In this document: piece after piece, positions 37,261 through 49,394 of the stretch
Layout of the letters: each line of letters starts with the position of its first letter
Position numbering within the stretch: the first letter of the stretch is position 1
Source: Bryobacterales bacterium
GTDB taxonomy: Bacteria > Acidobacteriota > Terriglobia > Bryobacterales > UBA6623
Assembly (NCBI GenBank): GCA_965206025.1
Contig: CBDBIU010000002.1
Location: forward strand, 37,201 to 101,200
Reading direction: 5' to 3'
DNA length: 64,000 bases
The notes under the pieces: model-generated
What the model saw: the letters and a program-made list of their open reading frames with translations, nothing else
The model's database searches: none
What the model was told of the DNA's origin: nothing
Program-made: the position numbers and the translations under genes

Positions 37261-37920
37261 TGTCCCGCCTCAGCTGGAAATGGAGAGAGCGTTCCGCCGT
37301 TAAGCTAACGGAGGGGACGCATGAAAAAAGCACGGAAGCAGTACACAGCCGAAGAGAAGGTCGCCATCCTGAGGCGGCATCTGGTGGAGAAGGAGCCGGT
37401 TTCCGAAGCTCTGCGACGAGCTGGCGCTGCAGCCGACGGTTTTCTATCGCTGGCAGAAGGAGTTCTTTGAGAACGGAGCCGCCGCCTTCCAGACCAAGAA
37501 CCGCGGCAATCGTCAGCCCGAACAGGAACGCATCGCGCGACTGGAAAAGAAGATCCAGACCAAGGATGAGGTTCTGGCCGAGTTGATGGCCGAGCACATG
37601 GCGTTAAAAAAAGCCTTGGGGATGTCTAATCGCAATCCGGACGCCGCCCGACGTGCGCGACCAGATCGTCGATTTTGTCCGGTACTGGTCCGAGAAGACC
37701 GCGATCCGCGCCGGGCGCTTCATCGCGTGGCTGGGCATCACGCCCAGTAAATTCTACTCCTGGCGCCAGCGCTACGGCTGTGTCAATGAGCACAACGGGT
37801 GGGTGCCCCCGAGATTTCTGGCTCCGAAGAGTGGGAGAAGCAAGCGATTGTCGACTTTTATCGCCAGCATCCGCTGGAAGGCTACCAGCGGCTGACGTTC
37901 ATGATGCTCGACAGCGACAC
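37261..37920 (+). mobile_element. IS3 family remnant (left end, frameshifted orfA, truncated orfB)
   Basis: Starts TGTCCC. MKKARKQYTAEEKVAILRRHL...QPTVFYRWQKEFFE; orfB VRDQIVDFVRYW...GYQRLTFMMLD, then lost. About three +1 frameshifts. Confidence 0.85.
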
Positions 37921-38285
37921 CTAACTGAAGTCGCTCCCGCTTTCTCGCCTGACAATGGCGAGCCTCCTCATGGAAGCCGCGGGCGTTAGCCCGCTCCTGG
38001 CTATCGTGGCGCACGCATCTTGCGTGCCGTGTCGCCATTCCTGGCGACATCGATCCCCTCGTCCCATAGACCGAGTCGCGCCGGGAAAAGGTATTTGGAG
38101 CCTCGCGACACCTTGACCGTACCCTTGCGGGTGCGGCTCCGTTTGGTGAGCTTGCGAAGTCTCCGCATGACGTGGGTTCCCGGGCGCCGCGCGACGTCAC
38201 CGGACCGCTTGCTGACGCGCGCCTGTCTACACATGGTCCGCCCGTTCAAGTGCATGAACCGACATCGGACGGTCCTCGTGCGTTG

Positions 38286-39215
38286 TCACTGCTGAGCACC
38301 TCCCGTGATGGGCTGTGGCGACTGCTTCGCCACTAGAAGAATACCAGCGGCCACGGCGATCACCCCGGCCAGCAAGGCGGGCGAGAGTTCTTCCGAAAAG
38401 GCGATGGTGCTGAAGACTACGCCGAAAATCGGCGTCAGAAACCCGAACACGGACAAGACACCGGGCCGGTACCTCTGCACGAGCATGATCCACAGGATCG
38501 TGCACAAACCGTTGCTGACCGTGCCTTGATATAGGATCGCTAGGATGGATGCCGTCGTGACGGGACCCCGCGTAGGCTCCTCTATCAGGGCAGCCACCGC
38601 CAAGTAAAACGGTAGCGCGAAGGCGCTCTGCCAAAAGATGGCTCGGATCGGGTGGACGTGTTCGATGATTCGCTTGGTAAACACGAATCGCACTCCGAAC
38701 AAGCACGCCGTTGTCGTGCAGAGCACGTTGCCCAGCAGGGGCCGCGACGCCAGTTCGGGATCCGGACGCCCGAGGAACAATACCGAGATTCCACCGAAAG
38801 CAACGACCAGGCCGGCGACTCGGGTCCATGACAGATGGTCCCCGGGCACGACGAAGTGGGCGATCAAACTCGTCGGGATGGGGTAGCTGTTGAGCAGCAC
38901 CGCGCTGTAAGCCGCCGAGGTGAGATTCGTCCCCAGGTAGACCAGCGAAGTCTGCACGGTCATGATAGTCCCCAGCGCCGTCAGCGAAGCCCACTCGGAT
39001 CGCGGGGGCAGCAACGGAATTCCGCGCAGCAAAGCCCACAAACCGATCGTGGGTACCCCCGCACCCATTCTCCAGAATCCGCTCCAAAAGGGGGGGAAAG
39101 TTCCCAGGGCCAGCTTGATGGCAACCGCATTCGCACCCCACACCAAGTTGAGCAAGATGGCGGCCAGAGTCCCCTTGGTCCCCAGCGACCAAGCCGCTGC
39201 CGGCTGACTCCTCAA
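38286..39215 (-). CDS. EamA/DMT family transporter
   Basis: About 10 TM segments; LVWGANAVAIK, FLTPIFGV. Confidence 0.92.
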   Translation of the reverse strand: MRSQPAAAWSLGTKGTLAAILLNLVWGANAVAIKLALGTFPPFWSGFWRMGAGVPTIGLWALLRGIPLLPPRSEWASLTALGTIMTVQTSLVYLGTNLTSAAYSAVLLNSYPIPTSLIAHFVVPGDHLSWTRVAGLVVAFGGISVLFLGRPDPELASRPLLGNVLCTTTACLFGVRFVFTKRIIEHVHPIRAIFWQSAFALPFYLAVAALIEEPTRGPVTTASILAILYQGTVSNGLCTILWIMLVQRYRPGVLSVFGFLTPIFGVVFSTIAFSEELSPALLAGVIAVAAGILLVAKQSPQPITGGAQQ

Positions 39216-40162
39216 CGGGGCGCTCCGCGAACCGGCGACGGCGGGCAGGCGGGAGCCTCCGGCGCCTGCTGACTGGTTACGATTAACAGGCCCGCGGCAA
39301 CAGCCGCCAAGCCTCCCACGAGCGCCGGCGAGATTGTTTCAGAAAAGGTGATGGCGCTGAATGCCACCCCGAAGATCGGCGACAGGAACCCAAACATGGA
39401 CAATACGCCCGGGCGGTGGCTTCGTAGCAACCCGACCCAAAGGATGACGCAAACGCCATTGGCTATGATCCCCTGATACAGAATGGCCAGCACCGCTTCC
39501 CAGCTCACCCTCTGCAAGGTCATAGGCTCCAAGGTGACCGCCGTCACTAGGTAAAAAGGGACTGTGAATGCGGTCACGCAAAAGATGGTGCGGATATAGT
39601 CGATGCGCCCGATGACTCGCTTGGTGACGACGGTGAGCACGCCGGCAAGAGCCCCGGCCAGTGTTGTCAGCAGGTTGCCGGCCAGCGGACGCGAAGCCCA
39701 ATCCGTGTCCGGCCGTCCGAGAAACGTGATCGATACGCCCCCGAACGCGGTCGCCAGGCCGACGGCCCGAGACCACGAGACTTGATCGCCGGGGACGTAA
39801 AAATGGGACAGTAAATTCGTAAAGATCGGATGGCTGTTCAACAGCACGGCGGCATAGGCGGCCGAAGTCAGATTCACCCCCAGATAGACGGCCGCCATCT
39901 GCACGGTCATCAACAGGCCCAAAGCCGCCAGGGGGAGCCATTCCCCCGCTTGCGGCCTTAACCGGGTCCCGTTTTTCCTCGACCACAACAGGATGGGCGC
40001 CAGTCCAACAACCATGCGCCAGAAAGCGGCCCAAAAGGGCGGAAAAGTTCCCAGCGCCGTCTTGATGGCAACGACATTCGCACCCCACAGCAAGGTGAGC
40101 AAGATGGCGCCCAGAGTCCCCTTGATCCCCAGCGGTCGAGCCGTTTCCGGCTGACTCTTCAC
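39212..40162 (-). CDS. EamA/DMT family transporter (tandem paralog)
   Basis: LLWGANVVAIK, FLSPIFGV; GTG start at 40162 inferred from alignment with the downstream paralog. Confidence 0.9.
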   Translation of the reverse strand: MKSQPETARPLGIKGTLGAILLTLLWGANVVAIKTALGTFPPFWAAFWRMVVGLAPILLWSRKNGTRLRPQAGEWLPLAALGLLMTVQMAAVYLGVNLTSAAYAAVLLNSHPIFTNLLSHFYVPGDQVSWSRAVGLATAFGGVSITFLGRPDTDWASRPLAGNLLTTLAGALAGVLTVVTKRVIGRIDYIRTIFCVTAFTVPFYLVTAVTLEPMTLQRVSWEAVLAILYQGIIANGVCVILWVGLLRSHRPGVLSMFGFLSPIFGVAFSAITFSETISPALVGGLAAVAAGLLIVTSQQAPEAPACPPSPVRGAPR

Positions 40163-40222
40163 GAAGGCGCTCCCCGAATCTGTGCGGGAGGAGAGGGTAT
40201 CTCGCGTTGCGCTCGGTCGCGG

Positions 40223-40870
40223 GTGACAATGAAAATCCCGGTCAAGATCATCAAAAAGGTCGATGGGGGCAGCCCCGTCTATCAGCGCAATCCGCTCGAG
40301 GGCCTGGGCATCACTTTGGCGAATTTCGAGGTCAAGCTGTTCGACTACACCGATAAGGTGCGGGCTCAAATCGGCACCCAACAAACCGCCCTCATGGCGG
40401 TGGCCACGGCCCGAGCCAAGGCGCAGCAGGCGGAACAAGAGGCCCTGATGGCCGAGGCGGAAGGCAAGGCGAATGTGGCGCGGGCCAAGTACGAAGAAGA
40501 GGAGAAGAAAATCAGAGCCGTCGTCGGCGCGCAGCAGCGGCTCGAGGTCGCCGACCTCGATCGCCAAGCGGCAGCCGAAAAGAAGCAAGAGCAAATTCTG
40601 CTGGGGCAAGGTGAAGCCGAGCGCAAACGCCTCGTGTTGAAGGCCGACGGCGCCCTGAAGCAAAAACTCGAAGCCTACGTACAAGCCCAGAAGCTGTGGG
40701 CCAATGCATTTGCTCAACGGCAAGTTCCCAGTTTGGTCATGGGGGGCGGCGGCGCCGGCGACACGGACAAGTCGACCACGAATTTCGCCCAGATGATGCA
40801 GCTCCTGGTCGCCAAACAAATGGGGCTGGACCTTTCAATGCCCAAGGGCGCGATCAGCAGGCAACGATAG
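40223..40870 (+). pseudogene. C-terminal coiled-coil half of an SPFH/band-7-like protein, apparently 5'-truncated
   Basis: AEA-rich coiled coil, GQGEAERKRLVLKADGAL, VPSLVMGG; no N-terminal TM or SPFH domain in front. Confidence 0.55.
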
Positions 40871-41009
40871 CTAGCGCGCATTCCTCGCCAGCAGCCGTCA
40901 GGGAATGGAAGCAAAAGCGGGCTAGTGTAGTGCCACTAGCCCGCTTTTCTCACCACCTGAGGGTCGAAGCACGCAATAAGCCCGCCATGACTGCGTTGCG
41001 CTTGCTCGC
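40871..41009. mobile_element. Two MITE family A pieces (40871-40925 mini copy; 40936-41009 half copy) around an IS630-like terminus
   Basis: CTAG-CGCGCATTCCTCGCC...AAAAGCGGG-CTAG, then TGTAGTGCCA, then CTAG-CCCGCTTTTCTCACCACCTGA matching 57328-57527. Confidence 0.75.
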
Positions 41010-41150
41010 TTTCAGGTACTCGTGGCTGGCGATCTCGAGTTCGGGAACACTGCTGAACACGCCGCGACGGATGCGCTTCCGTGTCAGCTCGCGGAACCAG
41101 CGCTCGACGAGATTGAGCCAAGAAGAAGACGTGGGAATGCAGTGAAGCAA
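41010..41150 (-). pseudogene. IS630 family transposase C-terminal fragment
   Basis: PTSSSWLNLVERWFRELTRKRIRRGVFSSVPEL. Confidence 0.85.
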
Positions 41151-41297
41151 AGCCCCGCCGTTTGAAATGTAGGAGCGCGATTGATCGCGCCCGCTTACCC
41201 TTCAATCGGCAAGCTGGGCCTGCGTCTCGGGAATCCCAGATTCGGCTCATGATAATGCGCCTCCCGATGCAGTTGGATATGATGGGTTGAACCCTTC

Positions 41298-44200
41298 ATG
41301 AAGTACCCGCTGGCTGCGCCGCTGGCGGCCCTGGTAGCGGGAATCATCGCGGCGCAATTCGCACCTTTTTCGCTCCGGGAAACGCTGCTTTCCATTCTGT
41401 TGCTCGCCGGGTTGAGTGCGCTCGGGCTGCGCTACGGCGCCACTCGTGCGGCGGTCGTCGCTTGTCTCACCGGATTCGTGTTGACCGGGGCCATGCTGGC
41501 GTCGCGGTCCGACCCGCCGGACCCCTTTTTGATCACTGCGGTTCTCAAACGCGAGAGCGCTCGCCTCGAAGACCCTATCCGGCTCCGCGGTTACGTGCGC
41601 GTCCCCCCCGAGGTCATTGAGAACGCGGATCGATTTGTCCTGGAAGCCGAGTCGATCTTTCGTAACACCGTCGCCCACGGTGGCATTCGCGTCACCGTGT
41701 ACCGCCGGGAGAACGCTCCTCCTCTGAAGCTCGACTACGGCCAACGTATCGAGTTTCTGGCGCGAATTCGTAAGCTCCGCAATTTCGAAAACCCCGGCAG
41801 CTTCGATCGGATCGCATATCTCCATCGCCAGGGTATTCATTTGACGGCCACGGTGCGCGCCGGCACGCCCATCCTTCCTCTGGAGGGGGCCGGCGGAAAC
41901 GTGGGGCAGTCGTGGCTTTGGAGGCTTCGCGGGGCGGCGCAGCGAAGACTGGATGCGCTGTTTCCCCGGGAGCAGCCGGAAGATTCCGCCGGCAACGCCG
42001 TGCTGCGAGCTCTATTGCTCGGGGACCGGACTTCACTCGACCGGGAAACGACCACCGCATTTCAGCGCACCGGGACCTATCACGCTCTCGTGATTTCGGG
42101 TCTGCATATCGGTGTCGTGGCCTTTCTGCTGATGCTAGCTCTGCGAGTGGCCAGCGCTCCTCGGCTGTTCCGTGCTCTGATGGCGCTGGCTTTGGTGGCT
42201 ACCTACGCCTCCCTTGTCGGAGCACGCCTCCCGGTGCTCCGCGCAACGTCGATGTTCGCGGTCTTCTTGGCGGCCGGCCTCCTTTACCGACGACGCCGGG
42301 CGTTCAACGTGATCGCCGGCACGGCGTTATGCTTCCTCATAGTCGACCCAGATTTGCTCCTCGACGTCGGATTCCAGATGTCTTTTCTTTCGGTGGGTCT
42401 CATCGCCGCGGTCGCCCTTCCCGTGCTCGAGACGACGTTGGCACCCTACCGGCTGGCGCTTAGGGATATTGGCAACAAGGATCGCGACCTTCACCTGGAC
42501 CCCCGCGTCGCGCAGCACCGGGTAGGGTTGCGGCTGTATCTTGAACCGCTCGCGTCGCTCGTTCCCTTACCCGAACGGGATCTCTCTTTCGTCGTCTGCG
42601 GCCTGTTGCGCGTGCTGGTCTGGGCGGCGGAACTCTCCGTGGTGACGCTGGTCATACAGGCCGGCCTCGCCCTCCCCATGGCTGTTCATTTTCAGCGCGT
42701 GTCGTGGGGCGCCCTCTCGGCCAACCTGGCCGTCTTGCCGTTGCTGCTGGTCGCTGTGCCGGCGGGATTGCTGGCCATGCTAACCGGCTCGTCGTGGATG
42801 GCCGCCCTAGCGGCCTGGGCTGCCCAAGGGATGGCCGCGGTGGTTGATTGGCACGCTCACAACCTCGGCTGGGACGTGCGCGTGCCGCCGCCCCCGGCCT
42901 GGCTCGGGGTCCTGTTCGCCGCTTCGCTCGTCTTCCTAGCGCTCACGTTCCATCGTCGGCGCCGGTGGCGGATTGTAGCTGCCGGGATGACGATCTTCCT
43001 GCTGGCCTTGATCGTGGTTCATCCGTTTCCGCCCACCTACATGCCGGGACATTTGGAGCTGACGGCCCTTGACGTAGGACAAGGTGAGTCTTTATTTCTG
43101 GCTCTTCTGGGATTTTAGTGGCTGGCGGCGGTGAGTGACGGATCCCTCGCCACTGTGAGGCCGACCTCCCGGAGCCTGCTTCGGTGCCATTCAAGGGCTT
43201 CGTGACAACTCTACGGCCCCCAAGGCCGGGCGGCGACTGCGTTGGCCAAAAAGAATTACTGATAAACAAAGGGTTACGAGTAGAGCAAGGTTGCTGGCAG
43301 GTAGTCGTACAGTCTCCCGAAGGCTGTGAAATGCAGATCCACAACTGTCATCCAGTGGCCACACTCAAAGAGATAACTCCCTGTTTATCAGTGTCTTATT
43401 CCCTTTACGAGTTGCCCACGACCGGACTGGCGTGTAGGGTATTTGGGGATTTCTTGGCCGCCTTTTGGGCTCCGATGTGACTGCGGGCGACGTCGGGTCG
43501 GCAGGATGGAGGAGCCGGCTACCCGTTGGCCACCCACTAAAAACCCGGAAGAGCCTTATTTCTGGCGCTCCCCGACGGGCGCTCCATGATTGTGGACGGA
43601 GGTGGATTCCCGGAGTTTCCGGGCTTCCCGCCTCCTGCGATCGACATTGGCGAGTCCGTCGTCTCGCCTTACCTATGGTCACGCTCGATCAAGCGACTCG
43701 ATGTCGTCGCCGTCACGCATCCCGACGCCGATCACATGGGCGGTGTCCCCGCACTGCTGCGCAACTTCCGGGTAGGCGAGTTGTGGCTCGGAGCCGAGCC
43801 GGTCTTTGATGAGTACCGAACGCTGACGGAGCTGGCCAAGGGTCGTGGCGTCGAGATTGTCCGCCTGCGGCGGGGAGATGTTCGCTCTTTCGGTAACGTG
43901 CGATTCGAGGTTTTGGGGCCGGTTTCCCCGGGAAACGACGGCTGGTCCCGCAACGATCGGGCGCTGGTCCTTCAGACCACTTACGGAGGGCACAGATTTC
44001 TGTTGACGGGCGACATCGAGAGAAAAGGTGAGGATGGCCTACTAGGAAACGATCTTCTGCGGCACGGCGACGTCCTCAAGATTGCTCACCACGGGAGCCG
44101 AACTTCCTCGCATCAGGCGTTCCTGGACCATGTTCGGCCCACATTCGCACTCATCTCGGCGGGCCGGGCCAACTTCTACGGCCATCCACATCCGGAGGTG

Positions 44201-44347
44201 ATACGGCGGTTGGCGCGGCAGCGGGTCGCCGTCCTGCGCACTGACCTCGAGGGGGCCGTATCCATCTCGAGCGACGGGCGCCGCCTTTCCGTCACAAGCT
44301 ACCGCCGGCAGAGGCTGGTCAGGCGGCTCTCGCCTGGCCCAAACTGA
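41298..44347 (+). pseudogene. comEC: ComEC/Rec2 DNA uptake channel, interrupted by the 456-bp element
   Basis: NPGSFD, GTYHALVISGLHI, GFQMSF, LDVGQGES; after the insert THPDADHMGG, LLTGDIE, LKIAHHGS, YGHPH. Excision gives 861 aa reading GESLFL-ALPDG. Confidence 0.95.
43100..43555. mobile_element. 456-bp non-autonomous element with ISL3-type ends, copy 2
   Basis: Differs from copy 1 at 3 positions; 8-bp TSD TTATTTCT (43092-43099, 43556-43563). Confidence 0.95.
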
Positions 44348-44570
44348 GAATGGCCCGGTAGTTTGGTTCTCAGACGAGAGGGCGAGACTTGGTTAGAATC
44401 ACGAGGGGGGAGCTGATTGCGAGTTGATTGCCTAGCTACACCAGGCTGATCCGTTCGCAAACCACAGAGACCCTCTGGTGCCAAAAGCGCGTCCCTGCGA
44501 GTCAGACGTAAGCGCCAGCGCGTCACACGGAAGGCCAGCCAATTTAACCGATTTTTTCACACCTTCCCGT

Positions 44571-45068
44571 TCAAGGCTTCGAGGTGCGATAGTATTCTTC
44601 TAGGCCGGCCTCGGCAATCTTTTCGTGGGCGCTGAGAGCTTCGCTGACCACGTCGCTTACTCCGGTTTGGAAGGTCTGCAAGCTCGCGACGGTGCTGGGC
44701 TCCTGCAAGGATCGCCGCAACGCGGCCGCCGAAGGATGTCCGGACAGAGCCAGGCCCAAGACAGCGTACTTGCTCAAGTCGCGGTCCCGCTCCTCGACGC
44801 TGGCGGCATACGGGCTTGCTCCTGCGGGCCCCCGAGCGCTCCAAACTTGTGGATTCAAGCAATCTTTCAAATAGTTGAGGGCCTTCTCGTTACCCGTCTT
44901 GTTAATCAGATAGCCCATGGACATGATGGCACTCGTCTCGGCGGTGTATTGGGCGCGCGACATCGTGCCCTCCTCGCCCTTGGCGATGAACGCGATCATC
45001 GGATCCACGGCACTCTCCTCTCCGACGATCCCCAGGGCGACGACGATGTTCGACCAATACTCCTCTTC
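44571..45068 (-). pseudogene. 3' fragment of a helical (HEAT-like) hypothetical protein
   Basis: Protein-like reading EEEYWSNIVVALGIVGEESAVDPMIAFI...YYRTSKP-stop; the 5' end is replaced by the RHS fragment. Confidence 0.55.
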
Positions 45069-45510
45069 GCCGGAGCGTCCGTGCTGGACCCGCAAGCGTG
45101 GAACGGGTACGCGTACGTCGTCAATAACCCGTTGCGCTATGTCGACCCCGACGGGAGGAACCACGACGCACCGCCCCCCTCAGCCTATGATCGCTTAGCC
45201 AAACTCATGTTTTGGTGGTTGCTGTACGGCGAGAAGCCCCCGCAGGGAGGCGGAGGAGCCCCCAGGGGGTGGAGAGCCGAGCAAGCCTCAAACCCTGAAG
45301 CAATGCATCAATAGCTTGGGGGTCGGCGACCTCACTCTAGGTCAGCGGGCAGTTTCAGACGAGAGCGGCGTTTTCAATTTCAAGGATCTAAACGCAAATC
45401 GACGAATGATATTCCTCACGACTACTGCCGCGTTGGAACACCACGAAATCGATATCTCAAGAATTGACGATCACGGGATTTGGCAAGAGAAGTATCATAT
45501 TCGAAGGTGA
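45066..45510 (+). pseudogene. Orphan RHS repeat-associated core end plus degraded C-terminal tip
   Basis: AGASVLDPQAWNGYAYVVNNPLRYVDPDG followed by lower-GC sequence broken by a stop/frameshift. Confidence 0.8.
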
Positions 45511-45615
45511 CAAAGACTCTGATATCGTGCAGGATGTCAAGGACTCAGAGGAGTTCAAAAATGATCCATAGTGGGGCATCCATTTGACTCAGGTTGCAAC
45601 TAGATGTTGTGGTCA

Positions 45616-45732
45616 TGTCCCGGTTCAACTGGAAATGGAGAGAGCGTTCCGCCGTTAAGCTAACGGAGGGGACGCATGAAAAAAGCTCGGAAGCACTACA
45701 CAGCCGAAGAGAAGGTCGCCATCTTGAGGCGG
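45616..45732 (+). mobile_element. IS3 family left-end fragment
   Basis: Near-identical to 37261-37377 (TGTCCC...ATGAAAAAAGC...GTCGCCATC.TGAGGCGG). Confidence 0.88.
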
Positions 45733-45844
45733 GCGCGAGTGACTGACCGGCGGATTCCCGCGGATGCCGGGACCGCCCGCGAACCTATCGACGCAGTATC
45801 AGCACTCCCGGCTGCGATTTGCACCCGGGCCCGACAGCCGGTAA

Positions 45845-47269
<1,425 letters not shown>

Positions 47270-47282
47270 AACCTCGGGCCGG

Positions 47283-47347
47283 CGGCGAGCAAATGCGACC
47301 GAGTTACGGCGGGCTTTGACCCTCAGGTGGTCAGAAATGCGGGCTAG
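47283..47347. mobile_element. MITE family A, decayed end
   Basis: ...TCAGGTGGTCAGAAATGCGGGCTAG matches the end of 57328-57527. Confidence 0.65.
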
Positions 47348-47522
47348 TGCTTGGTGGCATAAGTTAGCGATCGTTTTATCGAAGGCAATTACTGACCGCT
47401 CTCTCACGGTCGCGGCTCGGAAGGTTCTGTGAACAAATCACATCCGGGTTGGTTCGAGCACAGATTAAGTCGACAGCATTGGGACTAACCCGCAACCGGA
47501 GCGCCGTTCCCCCGCTGAAATC

Positions 47523-48749
47523 GTGCATCAACCTACCGCCAAACAGGCACTGACGTTCGAGCAGGCGCGAGCGGTGGTGTCGGACCGCATGAATGGAATC
47601 GCTTCGACGCCTGCCGCGGAATCAGTCTCGTTGGGCGCGGCGCTAGGGCGGGTGGCGGCGGAAGATATCCGCTCCGACCGGGACTACCCGCCGTTCAACC
47701 GCTCGGCCCGGGACGGGTTCGCCGTGCTTGCTTCCGACGTCGCCAATCCTCCGGCACGCTTGAAAGTACTTGGCCAGACCCGTGCGGGAGAGCTTTCCCG
47801 GTTTCGAATCGAAAGCGGCGAGACGGTCGAAATTATGACCGGAGCCCCCGGTCCCGAGGGGGCGGACGCCGTCGTCATGTGGGAGTATTCGACCCGGGAA
47901 GGCGAGCACGTTACGCTCGAAAGCGGCGTCCCGGCGGGCAAAAATCTAATTCTTCGGGGCAGCGAGGCGAAAGCCGGCGACATCATCCTCGCGGCGGGTC
48001 AGAAACTCGACTATCCCGAGATCGCTTTGTTGGCCGCGACCGGCCACGGTGAGATCGAAGTCTATCGCCGGCCTCGCGTGGCGATCCTCTCGACGGGCGA
48101 CGAGGTCGTCGAGGTCACCGAAAAACCTGAGTCGTTCCAGATACGCAACTCGAATGCTCACGCGCTGGCGATGCAGGTTCGCCGCCGCGGAGGCGAGGCG
48201 ATCATTTTGTCCATCGCCCCCGACGAGATCAACCGCACCCGAGCGCTGATCGAGCAGGGGCTTGAGGCCGACATGCTGCTGCTATCGGGCGGCGTTTCCA
48301 TGGGCAAGTACGACTTCGTCGAGCGGGTGCTGGCCGATCTTGGCGCCGAGTTTTATATCACCCAGGTGCTGATCCAGCCCGGAAAGCCTTTGGTCTTCGG
48401 GCAGGTTGCCGGCACTCCGGTCTTCGGTTTGCCCGGAAACCCGATCTCGACCATGGTGACGTTTGAAATCTTCGCGCGCATGGCGCTTGACCGGTTGGCC
48501 GGACGCTCGGACTCGCCACTCCCTTTCTTCGCGGCCCGGCTTGGGGCGGACTTCAAGCACAAGCCCGTGCTCACTCGGTTTCTGCCCGCCCGATGGACCG
48601 GCGACTACGGTGGGGCAAGGGTGAATCCGGTAAAATGGCAAGGGTCGGGTGACCTGGTCGCCTTCGCCAAGGCCAACTGTTTTTTGGTGGCCTCCACGGA
48701 CCGGACCTCCTGGGAGGCGGGCGACTGGATTTCGGTTCTGCCTCGATGA
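47523..48749 (+). CDS. moeA: Molybdopterin molybdotransferase
   Basis: PPFNRSARDGFA, IMTGAP, STGDE, SGGVSMGKYD and GLPGNP motifs. Confidence 0.96.
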   Translation: MHQPTAKQALTFEQARAVVSDRMNGIASTPAAESVSLGAALGRVAAEDIRSDRDYPPFNRSARDGFAVLASDVANPPARLKVLGQTRAGELSRFRIESGETVEIMTGAPGPEGADAVVMWEYSTREGEHVTLESGVPAGKNLILRGSEAKAGDIILAAGQKLDYPEIALLAATGHGEIEVYRRPRVAILSTGDEVVEVTEKPESFQIRNSNAHALAMQVRRRGGEAIILSIAPDEINRTRALIEQGLEADMLLLSGGVSMGKYDFVERVLADLGAEFYITQVLIQPGKPLVFGQVAGTPVFGLPGNPISTMVTFEIFARMALDRLAGRSDSPLPFFAARLGADFKHKPVLTRFLPARWTGDYGGARVNPVKWQGSGDLVAFAKANCFLVASTDRTSWEAGDWISVLPR

Positions 48750-49225
48750 GCTCGCTTTCCCATTTCGACGACAGCGGGGCTGTTCGGATGGTGGACGTCA
48801 CGGAGAAGAAACCGACCCACCGCAGGGCCCGCGCTCATGCCTTTGTCAAGCTCTCCCCGGAAGTCATCCGCAAGCTGCCCGACAACCCTAAAGGAAACCC
48901 CTTGGAAGTCGCGCGCATTGCGGGAATCAGCGGCGCCAAACGCACGTCGGAGCTCATACCGCTCTGCCACCCCCTGATGTTGACGAGCGTCGACGTTCGC
49001 ATCGATCTCGGCGACGGCGGTGCGGAAATTCACACCGAGGTAGCCACGACCGCCGCGACTGGTGTTGAAATGGAGGCCTTGACCGCCGCTTCGGTCGCCG
49101 CGCTGACCATCTACGACATGACCAAGGCCCTCGACAAGTCGATCGAGATCAGCGACGTTTATCTCTTGGAGAAAACCGGCGGCAAAAGCGGTTCGTACCG
49201 TCGTGCTCGGACCGGCGCATCCTAA
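48746..49225 (+). CDS. moaC: Cyclic pyranopterin monophosphate synthase MoaC
   Basis: MVDV..K, LIPLCHP, TGVEMEAL, YDMTKA and KTGGKSG motifs. Confidence 0.97.
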   Translation: MSSLSHFDDSGAVRMVDVTEKKPTHRRARAHAFVKLSPEVIRKLPDNPKGNPLEVARIAGISGAKRTSELIPLCHPLMLTSVDVRIDLGDGGAEIHTEVATTAATGVEMEALTAASVAALTIYDMTKALDKSIEISDVYLLEKTGGKSGSYRRARTGAS

Positions 49226-49394
49226 AGAAGCAGCCGGTCCTTCTTGCCGGAACCGACCGGTGACGCCGAACGTAGTCTAGTATGGAGCCGTGTTAGCCTC
49301 GACCCATGACCCGAAGGCGGGCCGCGTCGCACGTCGATCCACTTCCGGAAGCGATTCGCCGGAACCGTGGCCGACACGACCGCTCCGGAAGCGA

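Noticed and set aside
37395-37830. Programmed recoding in the IS3 remnant
   Set aside because: The frameshifts are single-base gains in short C runs of a truncated element, better explained by decay or sequencing error.
39212-40819. 535-aa ORF read as an EamA fusion protein
   Set aside because: The N-terminal 219 aa are the antisense of the SPFH-like fragment; the paralog alignment places the start at 40162.
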